Shown: positions 1 to 9,499 of the stretch, in pieces
Numbering within the stretch: position 1 is the first letter of the stretch
Layout of the letters: each line of letters begins with the position of its first letter
Virus record (IMG/VR): IMGVR_UViG_2667527591_000023
Source of the DNA: a virus
Lineage: Duplodnaviria; Heunggongvirae; Uroviricota; Caudoviricetes
Strand: one strand, 5' to 3'
DNA length: 34,158 nt
Notes under the pieces: model-generated
What the model was told of the DNA's origin: nothing
Database searches by the model: none
What the model saw: the letters and a program-made list of their open reading frames with translations, nothing else
Made by a program: the position numbers and the translations under genes

Positions 1-1032
1 TCAAAAACTTGCTATTGATGTTGGTAGTGTTGCCAGCGGATTAAACCGTAATGCAGTTTCCAGGTGATCCGGTGCCAGATGTGCGTAACGCATAGTCATT
101 TTTATGTCGTGATGTCCGAGGATTTTTTGCAAAGCAAGGATATTTCCACCCGACATCATAAAATGCGCCGCAAACGTATGGCGCAGAACGTGTGTCAGTT
201 GACCGCGAGGGAGCACGATAGACGTTTTTTCCATCACGGATAAAAATTGAAAATAGCAGTCTGTGAAGAAATTGAACCCATCAAGCGCCATGATCTCTTC
301 GTAAAGCTCTTTACTGATAGGGATGCTTCTGTTTTTCTTCCCCTTCGTTCTTACAAAGGTAATTCGGTATTTGGTCACCTGTGAGCGGGTAAGATTTACG
401 GCTTCACGCCAGCGTGCGCCAGTGCTTAAGCATATCTTAACTACCAGTGCCAGAATTGGGTCCTGACGTTTACAATCAGCCAGCAATTCAACAATCTGTT
501 CATGGGTAAGCCATGCCATCTCTTTTTCTGCGATGGTGAATTTTCGCATGTTCTCCAGTGGGTTCGGATACGACCATTCGCCCAGGCGGGATAGTTCGCT
601 AAAAACACTACTAAGATAGCTTTGCTCCAGGTTAATAGTGACTGGGCTTGCTCCTTTTTTCCATTTCTCGCTGAAGTAGATCTCACCCGTCAGGCGTTTA
701 TCTCGATAGTGGGCAAACATTTTAGATGTGAGATCGGTTGCAAGGGGATTGCCCAGAGCGTCAACCATCAACAGCAATTTGTCATAGACATGCTGCCCAG
801 CGGTTAGAGATTTACCATGTAGTTTGAACCATAGCTCAACTACGTCTTTCAGTGTTCGACGATCCACTGATTCACCCAGCCAGGGCTTTGCTTCGGTTTC
901 TTCCATCGTGTGGCGCTCAAAAGCCAGAGCTTCGCCTTTGGTGGCGAATTGTTTACGCACACGACGCCCACTACGTCCGGCGGGGTAACATTCGCAAAGC
1001 CATTTCCCTGTGGTGAGTTTTCGTACTGCCAT
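1..1032 (-). CDS. int: P2-family tyrosine integrase (343 aa from MAVRKL; in-frame upstream extension to 1188 unlikely)
   Basis: C-terminal tyrosine recombinase motifs (LRHTFA..H..GG, ILGHxxxxMTMRYAHL); N-terminus MAVRKL..GK resembles P2 Int; stop codon at 1..3. Confidence 0.9.
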   Translation of the reverse strand: MAVRKLTTGKWLCECYPAGRSGRRVRKQFATKGEALAFERHTMEETEAKPWLGESVDRRTLKDVVELWFKLHGKSLTAGQHVYDKLLLMVDALGNPLATDLTSKMFAHYRDKRLTGEIYFSEKWKKGASPVTINLEQSYLSSVFSELSRLGEWSYPNPLENMRKFTIAEKEMAWLTHEQIVELLADCKRQDPILALVVKICLSTGARWREAVNLTRSQVTKYRITFVRTKGKKNRSIPISKELYEEIMALDGFNFFTDCYFQFLSVMEKTSIVLPRGQLTHVLRHTFAAHFMMSGGNILALQKILGHHDIKMTMRYAHLAPDHLETALRFNPLATLPTSIASF

Positions 1033-1220
1033 AAAAAATGCCCTCCAGTAGAGAGCATTTTTACTGTATGTATAACCAGTGTCAATGTATGAAATCCTAC
1101 GACCATACATCTCACTGAAGCCATAATGAAGTTGGCTATTCTTTTTGCTATGTGAGCATGTAACTTTTGCGGTTAACCTGCGGCTCATTTTTATTTTAGA
1201 CGCAGATATAAAAGCAAAAG

Positions 1221-1412
1221 TTATCGTGAGTTTTTAGTACAGATTTTTTTGGATTTACTAATAGTTCCATCATTGCAAACGAATTTGCCATCTGAGGTAC
1301 AGTGAGAAACACCTCCCTTTTTCCCTGAGCAGGGATAATTTCTAGCATAGGTAGTTAGTGGGTTTAATAACAAAGAACATGACAAAACCACAAAAAATAC
1401 CTTACCAAGCAT
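1221..1412 (-). CDS. Small secreted cysteine-rich protein (63 aa), hypothetical; moron between int and cI
   Basis: Strong RBS GGGAGG before ATG; N-terminal hydrophobic signal-like segment; 5 Cys; locus visibly AT-rich. Confidence 0.6.
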   Translation of the reverse strand: MLGKVFFVVLSCSLLLNPLTTYARNYPCSGKKGGVSHCTSDGKFVCNDGTISKSKKICTKNSR

Positions 1413-1427
1413 AGTTTCCTCCCGGTA

Positions 1428-2084
1428 CTATTTAACATACTTGACTGTTAAACTTATAATTTTACCAATTATTTCAATGTCTTCTATCTTGCATTCGAAG
1501 GCTCTGTTTCCACCCTCGACGAAGATTCTTCCACCGGGTAAACGAGTAATGTCACGGATCGTTATTTCGCCATCAATACTTATTACCCATTTACCATCAC
1601 GTATATCATCAAATTCTTTATCACAAATAAATTCAGAATTGTTATCTGTGATGACAAAAGGTTTTTTAAACGCAGAGGGTAGAAATCCCTTATCAAAAAT
1701 ATAAAAACCGTCTTTCTGCAATGCTCCATCAGACAATAAATATTTTTCTACTTCTATAGTATTTGTATTTGCTGATGCTTGCTTTGAACCATGCCCTGTT
1801 GTTAGCCAATTAAGCGAGGTGCCCGTTTCAAGGGCGCACTGGATTACCCAATCTGCTGGAAAAATATCACGCATATAGCGCGTTGCCATGGTGCTCTTAG
1901 AAACACCTAAATGATCACAGAGAGCCTGACGGGTACCGAACCCATATGCTTCAACTAAACGTTCTATGGCTTTCTTACCGCCGCTATTGAAATCCACAAG
2001 TCCTCCAAAGAAATCCAAAATTCGTTGACAGATTCCAAAAGCGATCTTAAAGTTGAACCAGAAGTGTTCTTTTGGAGCCTTCAC
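1428..2084 (-). CDS. cI: Phage 186-type CI immunity repressor; start codon uncertain (track ORF begins at GTG, internal GTG/TTG starts possible)
   Basis: Motif LVEAYGFG....L.HLG.S.S..A.RY.R...P..W...CALETG..L.WL.TG matches the 186 CI N-terminal domain as I recall it. Confidence 0.8.
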   Translation of the reverse strand: MKAPKEHFWFNFKIAFGICQRILDFFGGLVDFNSGGKKAIERLVEAYGFGTRQALCDHLGVSKSTMATRYMRDIFPADWVIQCALETGTSLNWLTTGHGSKQASANTNTIEVEKYLLSDGALQKDGFYIFDKGFLPSAFKKPFVITDNNSEFICDKEFDDIRDGKWVISIDGEITIRDITRLPGGRIFVEGGNRAFECKIEDIEIIGKIISLTVKYVK

Positions 2085-2142
2085 TACTAATCACGACAAA
2101 CAACGGCTCGCCACAAGCCATATCTAGAAGGAATGTTGCCTT
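2085..2142. promoter_or_regulatory. Divergent early switch region between cI and apl/cox (186 pR/pL equivalent); operators not resolved
   Basis: Intergenic gap between divergently transcribed repressor and first early gene. Confidence 0.35.
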
Positions 2143-2346
2143 ATGACACCTAACATTTCAATTACTCTGAATACACCACATGTCACAATCGAACGTTATA
2201 GCGAACTGACTGGCCTTTCTATTGATACGATTAACGACATGTTGGCTGATGGCCGACTACCTCGTCATCGTCTTCGTAAAGACAAAAAACGTGAAAAGGT
2301 AATGATTAACCTGGCTGCTCTGACTGTTGATGCTTTGTCTGCTTAA
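2143..2346 (+). CDS. Apl/Cox-like small DNA-binding protein (excisionase/early regulator), 67 aa
   Basis: First gene of the rightward early operon; small basic protein; position equivalent to 186 apl / P2 cox. Confidence 0.55.
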   Translation: MTPNISITLNTPHVTIERYSELTGLSIDTINDMLADGRLPRHRLRKDKKREKVMINLAALTVDALSA

Positions 2347-2410
2347 TAGACGTCTATTTTCGCAATAAGACGCTGAGTTCGATTTTGCGATAAGTTCGGA
2401 GTTGAAAACC

Positions 2411-2920
2411 ATGTTTGATTACCAAGTTTCCAAACATCCACATTTTGATGAAGCCTGTCGTGCATTCGCACTGCGCCACAATCTGGTGCAACTGGCAGAA
2501 CGTGCGGGCATGAATGTGCAGATTCTGCGGAACAAGCTGAACCCAGCTCAACCTCATTTATTAACCGCACCAGAAATCTGGCTGCTTACCGATCTGACTG
2601 AAGATTCAACGTTGGTAGATGGTTTTCTGGCACAGATTCACTGCCTGCCATGCGTACCAATTAATGAGGTGGCAAAAGAGAAACTGCCACATTACGTCAT
2701 GAGTGCAACCGCAGAGATCGGGCGTGTTGCTGCAGGTGCGGTATCTGGCGATGTAAAAACCAGTGCAGGTCGTCGTGATGCTATCAGCAGCATTAACTCT
2801 GTAACACGACTGATGGCGTTGGCTGCTGTTTCATTGCAGGCCCGTTTACAGGCTAACCCTGCGATGGCGAGTGCAGTTGATACCGTGACTGGCCTCGGTG
2901 CTTCATTCGGTTTGCTGTGA
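2411..2920 (+). CDS. cII: Phage regulatory protein CII (186 CII-like), 169 aa from ATG 2411
   Basis: [39 protein letters not shown] resembles 186 CII; GGAG RBS before ATG 2411. Confidence 0.85.
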   Translation: MFDYQVSKHPHFDEACRAFALRHNLVQLAERAGMNVQILRNKLNPAQPHLLTAPEIWLLTDLTEDSTLVDGFLAQIHCLPCVPINEVAKEKLPHYVMSATAEIGRVAAGAVSGDVKTSAGRRDAISSINSVTRLMALAAVSLQARLQANPAMASAVDTVTGLGASFGLL

Positions 2921-2927
2921 GGTGCTT

Positions 2928-3224
2928 ATGCTGACGAAAGAACCATCATTTGCATCGCTGCTGGTAAAACAAAGCCCGGCAATGCACTACGGTCACGGCT
3001 GGATCACGGGTGAGGATGGAAAACGCTGGCATCCATGTCATTCACAAGATGAATTGCTGTCTAAATTGACCACGAGGAAACGGAGAAAGTCCAAATGTAT
3101 GCGGCAGAAAGTGAAGTGGTTTATCAGTTTCGTTACAGAGGGGAGAGTTATTCAGTACCTGAAGATGATTTGCTCTGTTGCTATCCGTCATTGTCGGGCG
3201 ATGGCAGTTACTTTTTCGCGTTAA
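2928..3224 (+). CDS. Hypothetical early protein; C-terminal ~43 codons overlap the next gene out of frame, so the true gene may be shorter or carry a lost stop
   Basis: ORF with GAGGTG before ATG 2928; N-terminal part looks protein-like, tail looks like out-of-frame read-through. Confidence 0.35.
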   Translation: MLTKEPSFASLLVKQSPAMHYGHGWITGEDGKRWHPCHSQDELLSKLTTRKRRKSKCMRQKVKWFISFVTEGRVIQYLKMICSVAIRHCRAMAVTFSR

Positions 3225-3319
3225 AGGATGGGACATTTTTACGGGGAGAGCAGGTTAAAGAGACGATACGAAAAAATGTATCTCCTCTTGAGCGTTACCG
3301 TAAGAACAAAGAACGATAG
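3095..3319 (+). CDS. Hypothetical early protein (74 aa)
   Basis: GGAG RBS before ATG 3095; protein-like composition. Confidence 0.55.
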   Translation: MYAAESEVVYQFRYRGESYSVPEDDLLCCYPSLSGDGSYFFALKDGTFLRGEQVKETIRKNVSPLERYRKNKER

Positions 3320-3341
3320 CTGCGTTTGGGGGATATGAAGT

Positions 3342-3683
3342 ATGGCAATTAATGGCGCTGCAGCAACTGTTCCATTAAGCCCCGGTGAACGCCTGAATGG
3401 ACTTAATCACATTGCGGAGTTAAGGGCGAAAGTTTTTGGCCTGAATATTGAGTCAGAGCTTGAGCGGTTTATTAAAGATATGCGTGATCCACGGGATATC
3501 AATAATGAACAAAATAAACGGGCACTGGCTGCCATATTCTTTATGGCAAAAATTCCAGCTGAACGTCATAGCATCAGCATTAATGAGCTGACCACTGACG
3601 AAAAGCGGGAGCTGATTAAAGCAATGAATCATTTTCGTGCAGTGGTGAGCTTATTTCCCAGACGGCTAACCATGCCGAATTAA
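3342..3683 (+). CDS. Hypothetical early protein (113 aa)
   Basis: ORF in early operon with upstream G-rich RBS. Confidence 0.6.
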   Translation: MAINGAAATVPLSPGERLNGLNHIAELRAKVFGLNIESELERFIKDMRDPRDINNEQNKRALAAIFFMAKIPAERHSISINELTTDEKRELIKAMNHFRAVVSLFPRRLTMPN

Positions 3684-3750
3684 CCAACTAATGAAATTAA
3701 TGGCGTAAACCCGCCGGGCATCCCTTTATCTAAATTCAGGAGAATTGATT

Positions 3751-3984
3751 ATGCGTAATATTGAAACCCTCTCGACTAAAACCGGACCGGATGACGCAGG
3801 GCTTAATATTTTACTGACAGAAGCTCGTCTGGAAGAACGCCGGGCAAGGGCTGAAGCAATGGCAGCTCGCCTTGATAGCCTGGCGTGTCATATAACATCC
3901 CGCCAGCTAAACCACGTCGAAGCGGCAGAACTGCTGCGTGTGAATGCTGAAGCAATCCAGAACGAAGCGCAGGAGATCCACTGA
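3751..3984 (+). CDS. Hypothetical early protein (77 aa), predicted helical/coiled coil
   Basis: AGGAG RBS then ATG 3751; stop overlaps the next start (TGATG). Confidence 0.6.
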   Translation: MRNIETLSTKTGPDDAGLNILLTEARLEERRARAEAMAARLDSLACHITSRQLNHVEAAELLRVNAEAIQNEAQEIH

Positions 3985-4211
3985 TGGCTGATGCAATGGA
4001 TCTCGTACAGCAGCGCGTTGAAGAAGAACGCCAGCGTCATATCCGTGCTGCCCGCGCCAAAACGCCGGGCGTGTCCCGCGTGCTTTGCATTGAGTGTGAA
4101 GCAGCAATTCCGCCAGCACGCCGCCGTGCCATTCCTGGAGTGCAGCTTTGCATTACCTGCCAGGAAATCGCAGAGCTGAAAGGCAAACATTACAACGGAG
4201 GTGCTGTATGA
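3984..4211 (+). CDS. TraR/DksA-family C4 zinc-finger protein (75 aa)
   Basis: C-x2-C ... C-x2-C motif (CIECEA .. CITCQ); translationally coupled on both sides. Confidence 0.8.
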   Translation: MADAMDLVQQRVEEERQRHIRAARAKTPGVSRVLCIECEAAIPPARRRAIPGVQLCITCQEIAELKGKHYNGGAV

Positions 4212-5065
4212 GCACCATCCTGAAATGGGCGGGAAATAAAACTGCCATTATGTCCGAACTGAAAAAACACCTTCCTGCTGGCCCGCGACTGGTTGAACCT
4301 TTCGCGGGTTCCTGTGCTGTGATGATGGAGACGGATTACCCCAGCTATCTTGTTGCGGATATTAATCCTGATTTAATCAACCTCTATAAAAAGGTTGCTG
4401 CTGATTGTGAGGCGTTTATATCTCGTGCCAGAGCTTTATTTGAGGAAGCAAACAGGGAGGTGGCTTATTACAACATAAGGCAGGAGTTTAATTACTCCAC
4501 TGAAATTACTGATTTCATGAAAGCGATATATTTTCTGTATCTCAATCGTCATGGTTACCGTGGGTTATGTCGCTATAACAAGAGCGGGTATTTCAACATT
4601 CCCTACGGTAATTATAAAAATCCGTATTTCCCTGAAAAAGAAATTCGCGCATTTGCAGAGAAAGCCCAGCGGGCAACGTTTATCTGCGCCAGCTTTGATG
4701 AAACGCTGGCGATGTTGAAGGCGGGGGATGTGGTGTATTGCGATCCGCCGTATGACGGTACGTTTTCCGGCTATCACACTGATGGTTTCACTGAAGATGA
4801 CCAGTATCACCTGGCATCCGTTCTTGAACATCGGTCATCAGAAGGACATCCGGTCATTGTTTCTAACAGTGACACATCCCTGATCCGTTCGCTGTATCGC
4901 AATTTTACTCACCACTACATCAAGGCAAAACGCAGCATCGGCGTAGCAGCTGGTGAGAGTAAATCTGCAACAGAAATCATCGCTGTTTCTGGGGCGCGCT
5001 GCTGGGTGGGATTTGATCCTTCGCGTGGCGTGGATAGTTCTGCCGTGTATGGAGTGCGTGCATGA
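4208..5065 (+). CDS. dam: Orphan DNA adenine methyltransferase, Dam-like (N6-adenine, probably GATC), 285 aa
   Basis: KWAGNK, EPFAGS, DPPY motifs; colinear with E. coli Dam; ATGA overlap with upstream and downstream genes. Confidence 0.9.
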   Translation: MSTILKWAGNKTAIMSELKKHLPAGPRLVEPFAGSCAVMMETDYPSYLVADINPDLINLYKKVAADCEAFISRARALFEEANREVAYYNIRQEFNYSTEITDFMKAIYFLYLNRHGYRGLCRYNKSGYFNIPYGNYKNPYFPEKEIRAFAEKAQRATFICASFDETLAMLKAGDVVYCDPPYDGTFSGYHTDGFTEDDQYHLASVLEHRSSEGHPVIVSNSDTSLIRSLYRNFTHHYIKAKRSIGVAAGESKSATEIIAVSGARCWVGFDPSRGVDSSAVYGVRA

Positions 5066-7476
5066 GCCATGCTGATATGAACAACTGCAGCGGCTTTAAC
5101 GAGGCCGCCGCAGCATTCTCATGGAACAGCCCGAAAAAGGCTATTAACCCTTATCTGGACCCGGCGGAAGTTGCGCCGGTTTCTGCGCTTTCAAACCTGA
5201 TCACTCTGTACGCTGCCGATAACGAGCAGGAACAACTGCGCCGCGAGGCACTGAGTGATCAGGTCTGGGAGCGTTATTTCTTTAATGCATCCCGTGATCC
5301 TGTCCAGCGCGAAATGGAGCAGGATAAGCTCATTAGCCGGGCAAAGCTGGCGCATGAGCAGCAGCGTTTTAATCCGGACATGGTCATACTGGCGGACGTT
5401 AACGCCCAGCCTTCCCATATCAGCAAGCCGCTGATGCAACGTATTGAATACTTCAGCAGCCTGGGCAGGCCAAAGGCTTATTCCCGCTATTTGCGTGAGA
5501 CGATTAAGCCATGTCTGGAACGACTGGAGCATGTACGCGACAGTCAGCTATCCACTTCTTTTCGCTTTATGGCAAGCCATGAAGGGCTGGACGGCCTGCT
5601 GATCTTGCCTGAAATGAGTCAGGATCAGGTGAAACGCCTGTCTACTCTTGTCGCTGCGCATATGAGTATGTGTCTTGATGCCGCTTGTGGTGATTTGTAT
5701 GCCACCGATGATGTTAAGCCAGAAGAAATCCGCAAGACATGGGAAAAGGTGGCAGCAGAAACCCTGCGACTGGATGTCATACCGCCTGCGTTTGAGCAAC
5801 TCCGCCGGAAAAGAAACCGCCGTAAACCCGTACCCTATGAACTCATTCCGGGTTCGCTGGCGCGTATGTTGTGCGCCGACTGGTGGTATCGGAAATTGTG
5901 GAAGATGCGTTGTGAATGGCGGGAAGAGCAGTTGCGTGCTGTTTGCCTGGTCAGCAAAAAAGCATCTCCCTATGTCAGCTATGAAGCCGTGATGCATAAA
6001 CGTGAGCAGCGCCGTAAGTCGCTGGAGTTTTTCCGTTCTCATGAACTGGTGAACGAAGACGGCGACACGCTGGACATGGAGGATGTGGTAAACGCCAGCA
6101 GCAGCAACCCTGCGCATCGCCGCAATGAGATGATGGCCTGTGTTAAAGGTCTGGAGCTTATCGCGGAAATGCGCGGTGACTGCGCCGTTTTCTACACCAT
6201 CACCTGTCCGTCACGTTTCCATTCCACGCTAAATAACGGCAGGCCCAACCCGACCTGGACAAATGCGACGGTAAGACAAAGCAGTGATTATCTGGTCGGC
6301 ATGTTTGCTGCATTTCGTAAGGCGATGCACAAAGCCGGATTGCGCTGGTATGGCGTGCGGGTGGCTGAGCCGCATCATGACGGCACAGTTCACTGGCACC
6401 TGTTGTGTTTCATGCGCAAAAAAGACCGCCGCGCCATTACTGCATTGTTGCGTAAGTTTGCTATCCGTGAAGACCGCGAGGAGCTGGGTAATAACACGGG
6501 GCCACGCTTTAAGTCTGAGCTGATAAACCCGCGCAAAGGAACGCCGACTAGCTACATCGCGAAATACATCAGTAAGAACATTGACGGGCGTGGTCTGGCT
6601 GGCGAGATCAGCAAGGAAACGGGTAAATCTCTGCGTGATAACGCTGAATACGTTAATGCCTGGGCGTCTCTGCATCGTGTTCAGCAATTCCGCTTCTTTG
6701 GCATTCCGGGGCGTCAGGCTTACCGTGAACTGCGATTGCTGGCTGGTCAGGCGGCAAGGCAACAGGGTGACAAAAAAGCAGGTGCGCCGGTACTGGATAA
6801 CCCGCGCCTTGATGCCATTCTGGCTGCAGCTGATGCTGGTTGTTTTGCCACCTACATCATGAAGCAGGGCGGCGTACTGGTTCCCCGTAAATATCACCTC
6901 ATCAGAACCGCTTATGAAATCAACGAAGAGCCGACCGCCTATGGCGATCACGGCATTCGTATTTATGGCATCTGGTCACCCATTGCAGAGGGTAAGATCT
7001 GCACTCATGCAGTGAAGTGGAAAATGGTTCGTAAGGCCGTTGACGTTCAGGAGGCGGCAGCCGACCAGGGCGCTTGCGCCCCTTGGACTCGTGGCAATAA
7101 CTGTCCCCTTGCTGAAAATTTGAACCAACAAGGGAAAGACAAATCAGCTGATGGGGATACCAGAACGGATATCACCCGCATGGATGACAAGGAGTTGCAC
7201 GATTACCTGCACAGTATGAGCAAAAAAGAGCGCCGGGAACTGGCAGCAAGATTACGCCTGGTTAAACCGAAACGGCGTAAAGACTACAAACAGCGAATTA
7301 CAGAGTATCAGCGTCAGCAGCTCGTCTATGAACTGAAGTCCAGAGGATTTGATGGCAGCGAGAAAGAGGTCAATTTGCTCCTTCGCGGCGGCAGTATTCC
7401 GTCAGGAGCAGGCCTGCGTATCTTCTATCGGAACCAGCGTTTGCAGGAAGATGATCAGTGGCGGAACCTGTATTAA
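5062..7476 (+). CDS. A: Replication initiation endonuclease (P2 gpA / 186 RepA family), 804 aa
   Basis: Large early protein; HxH-type block ([10 protein letters not shown]) and size typical of P2 gpA-type rolling-circle initiators. Confidence 0.85.
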   Translation: MSHADMNNCSGFNEAAAAFSWNSPKKAINPYLDPAEVAPVSALSNLITLYAADNEQEQLRREALSDQVWERYFFNASRDPVQREMEQDKLISRAKLAHEQQRFNPDMVILADVNAQPSHISKPLMQRIEYFSSLGRPKAYSRYLRETIKPCLERLEHVRDSQLSTSFRFMASHEGLDGLLILPEMSQDQVKRLSTLVAAHMSMCLDAACGDLYATDDVKPEEIRKTWEKVAAETLRLDVIPPAFEQLRRKRNRRKPVPYELIPGSLARMLCADWWYRKLWKMRCEWREEQLRAVCLVSKKASPYVSYEAVMHKREQRRKSLEFFRSHELVNEDGDTLDMEDVVNASSSNPAHRRNEMMACVKGLELIAEMRGDCAVFYTITCPSRFHSTLNNGRPNPTWTNATVRQSSDYLVGMFAAFRKAMHKAGLRWYGVRVAEPHHDGTVHWHLLCFMRKKDRRAITALLRKFAIREDREELGNNTGPRFKSELINPRKGTPTSYIAKYISKNIDGRGLAGEISKETGKSLRDNAEYVNAWASLHRVQQFRFFGIPGRQAYRELRLLAGQAARQQGDKKAGAPVLDNPRLDAILAAADAGCFATYIMKQGGVLVPRKYHLIRTAYEINEEPTAYGDHGIRIYGIWSPIAEGKICTHAVKWKMVRKAVDVQEAAADQGACAPWTRGNNCPLAENLNQQGKDKSADGDTRTDITRMDDKELHDYLHSMSKKERRELAARLRLVKPKRRKDYKQRITEYQRQQLVYELKSRGFDGSEKEVNLLLRGGSIPSGAGLRIFYRNQRLQEDDQWRNLY

Positions 7477-7569
7477 TTACGCGGGTTAACAATTCGTGCT
7501 ATTAATAATACCAGGCATATCAGGCTGATGAACGTAAAAAAACGTTTTACATCAGTAAGATTATTATAT

Positions 7570-7587
7570 ACTGTAAATATAAACAGT
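7570..7587 (+). promoter_or_regulatory. LexA (SOS) box aCTGTaaatataaACAGt, with TATAGT -10-like element just downstream
   Basis: CTGT-N8-ACAG with AT-rich spacer, about 45 bp upstream of ATG 7630. Confidence 0.7.
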
Positions 7588-7629
7588 GGTTATACATATA
7601 GTATTGCGTGTGGTGTCATAGGAGGAAAG

Positions 7630-7818
7630 ATGCAGGACTATTTTTTGGAGTCTTTGAAGCTCCAGCGCATTGATTTTTTTCTTAAGCTTGTAGCGGCTAG
7701 TGAGTGTAGTGATGAAGAGAAGGGGCTGGCTCTGCAGTGGGTTTCTGAATTGACTGATGAACTCATGGCAAAAATCAGAACCCACGAATACAACCGCTCA
7801 ATGGATGTCATCAGCTGA
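7630..7818 (+). CDS. Small SOS-operon protein (62 aa), possible N-terminal part of a Tum-like antirepressor
   Basis: AGGAGG RBS before ATG 7630; immediately downstream of LexA box; an alternate frame stays open from 7757 into the DinI-like gene. Confidence 0.55.
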   Translation: MQDYFLESLKLQRIDFFLKLVAASECSDEEKGLALQWVSELTDELMAKIRTHEYNRSMDVIS

Positions 7819-7828
7819 GGTGACTTTT

Positions 7829-8062
7829 ATGCGCATTGAAATAATGATCGATAAAGAGCAGAAGATTAGCCAGTCTACCCTGGACGCCCTTGAATCCGAG
7901 CTTTACCGCAATCTGCGCCCCCTGTATCCCAAAACGGTAATTCGCATTCGCAAAGGTAGCTCTAACGGTGTGGAACTAACCGGACTGCAACTGGACGAAG
8001 AAAGAAAACAAGTGATGAAAATTATGCAGAAGGTGTGGGAAGACGACAGCTGGCTGCATTAA
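7829..8062 (+). CDS. DinI-family protein (77 aa)
   Basis: MRIEIMIDK ... conserved acidic C-terminus (WEDDSW) resembles E. coli DinI. Confidence 0.8.
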   Translation: MRIEIMIDKEQKISQSTLDALESELYRNLRPLYPKTVIRIRKGSSNGVELTGLQLDEERKQVMKIMQKVWEDDSWLH

Positions 8063-8196
8063 GAAACGTTGCTGGCGTCTGAACTTGCTTCTGGCGTCAG
8101 CAAGGTTGAACAACGAGCCCTTGCGAGGCGTTAGCTCTGTAGTGCATGTCTATGCCGCATGAGATCGCATGATCGTTTGAGGATCGTTTTTGCTAA

Positions 8197-8224
8197 GGCC
8201 CGCCAGAACTGGCGGGCTTTTGCG
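8197..8224 (+). terminator. Rho-independent terminator after the SOS operon
   Basis: GCCCGCCAG-aact-CTGGCGGGC hairpin followed by TTTTG. Confidence 0.7.
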
Positions 8225-8266
8225 TAGATCATGCAGGTGCATGAAAACCACTACATAAAGCGGGCA

Positions 8267-8285
8267 GGCGTAGCGGGGATACGAG
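8267..8285. other. Putative cos (cohesive end) site
   Basis: GGCGTAGCGGGGATACGAG resembles my recollection of the P2 19-nt cohesive end, at the position expected between the A-distal region and Q. Confidence 0.35.
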
Positions 8286-8370
8286 CGCGCGCAACGGGGT
8301 GAAATGGTGAAAATCCGGCGCAATCTCCGGCACGCTGGCGGCTTCAATTGGTGAGGGTGGGGGAGCGGCA

Positions 8371-8410
8371 GAAAAAAAGAAGCGCCCCGCAGAATGCTGC
8401 TGGGGCGCTG
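8371..8410 (-). terminator. Rho-independent terminator downstream of Q (minus strand)
   Basis: Imperfect hairpin AGCGCCCCGCAG/CTGCTGGGGCGCT preceded on the plus strand by A7 (a U-tract on the minus-strand transcript). Confidence 0.6.
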
Positions 8411-8443
8411 TGAGGGGTAGTCTTGTTGTCGTGGTGCGGTGGG

Positions 8444-9499
8444 TCAGTCGTTGCGCTTGTCTTCTGTCAGTCCCAGCGTGTACGGCTCAAAGCGGATCAC
8501 TTCTTCTCCAAGCCAGTCGTTAAGCTCCTGCAGTCGCTTCTGCAGCGGCATCAGCTCGTTGCGGACAAAGACGCGGCTGGCCTTTTCCACATCACCAAAG
8601 CCGCCGGTATTGTTGGGAATAATGCCCATCATCTGCGGCGGTACGCGGTGCGCTGCCATCATGTCATCGCGGCTCACGTTCTTGATGTTCAGAAACTCAT
8701 CCTTTGCCGCAACCTCCGATAACGGGATGATCTGGATGCCGTCCTTTTTACCGTTGGGTGAGTACATAAACAGGTTACGGAAGTTGCCCGGCCCTTTGGC
8801 GCTTTTCATTGCCTGGCGGATATTGTTCACGTCCTCCTGATTCTGTGCTGCGTCGGTCATGTACATGATGAAACCCGCATGGCTGCCGTTGATGTAATAC
8901 TTCCGGCGGAACAGCGTTGCGGACTCGTTGAGCAGGGTTGACGGGATGGCGGAGAGATAGCCGGGCAGCCCGTAAATCTCCTGGTTAATATCCGGCTCCA
9001 GCAGATGAAAGATGTTGCCCTGCGTAAATTCATAGGGCTGCGTGGTCAGGCCATACTGCACAAACCAGTAGGTGTCGAGGTCCACGCCACGGCGTGTGTA
9101 CTTCGCCAGTGCTGGCTCCAGTGAGAGAACGCCGCCGAGCCGGTTGGTGCGCTTTTCCAGATAGGCGTTACCGAACACCAGATAGTCCTGTACGAAACGG
9201 GCAAAAGCCTGCTGGCTGAGCAGGCGGTGCGGGATGTAGGTACTGCTGAGAATGTCACGCTTAACGGCAATCGGTGAGCTGTGATGCACGGCGGCGCGAT
9301 AGGTCCGCGCCAGTCCGTCAAAGCTCACCGGCGGCTCATACCAGCGGTCCATCTGCACGCATTCCACGTAGTCCAGCAATTCGCGTCGGTCTAACACCGG
9401 CACCGGGTCGCCAAAGCTAAACGCCTCTGCCGCAGCGCCGCCAGATTCTGCGTTGTGATCCACCGCTGCGCGGTTGTTCTTGTTTTTACGTTTGCTCAT
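8444..9499 (-). CDS. Q: Portal protein (P2 gpQ family), 351 aa
   Basis: Size and position next to terminase; GGAG RBS; start overlaps upstream stop (ATGA). Confidence 0.9.
   Translation of the reverse strand: MSKRKNKNNRAAVDHNAESGGAAAEAFSFGDPVPVLDRRELLDYVECVQMDRWYEPPVSFDGLARTYRAAVHHSSPIAVKRDILSSTYIPHRLLSQQAFARFVQDYLVFGNAYLEKRTNRLGGVLSLEPALAKYTRRGVDLDTYWFVQYGLTTQPYEFTQGNIFHLLEPDINQEIYGLPGYLSAIPSTLLNESATLFRRKYYINGSHAGFIMYMTDAAQNQEDVNNIRQAMKSAKGPGNFRNLFMYSPNGKKDGIQIIPLSEVAAKDEFLNIKNVSRDDMMAAHRVPPQMMGIIPNNTGGFGDVEKASRVFVRNELMPLQKRLQELNDWLGEEVIRFEPYTLGLTEDKRND

Noticed and set aside
1033-1188. N-terminal extension of integrase to the track start at 1188
   Set aside because: Extension is AT-rich and not integrase-like; the conserved N-terminus begins at MAVRKL (ATG 1030..1032).
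4148-4207. Upstream extension of the Dam ORF (track start at 4148, TTG)
   Set aside because: Conserved Dam N-terminus begins at [11 protein letters not shown]; ATG 4208 has a GGAGG RBS and overlaps the upstream stop.
5548-6951. Long minus-strand ORFs (189 and 240 aa) antisense to the replication gene
   Set aside because: Embedded in the gpA-like CDS with no RBS context; considered spurious.
8150-8347. 65-aa minus-strand ORF in the cos region
   Set aside because: No RBS, Arg/Pro-rich junk-like translation, spans the predicted terminators and cos.
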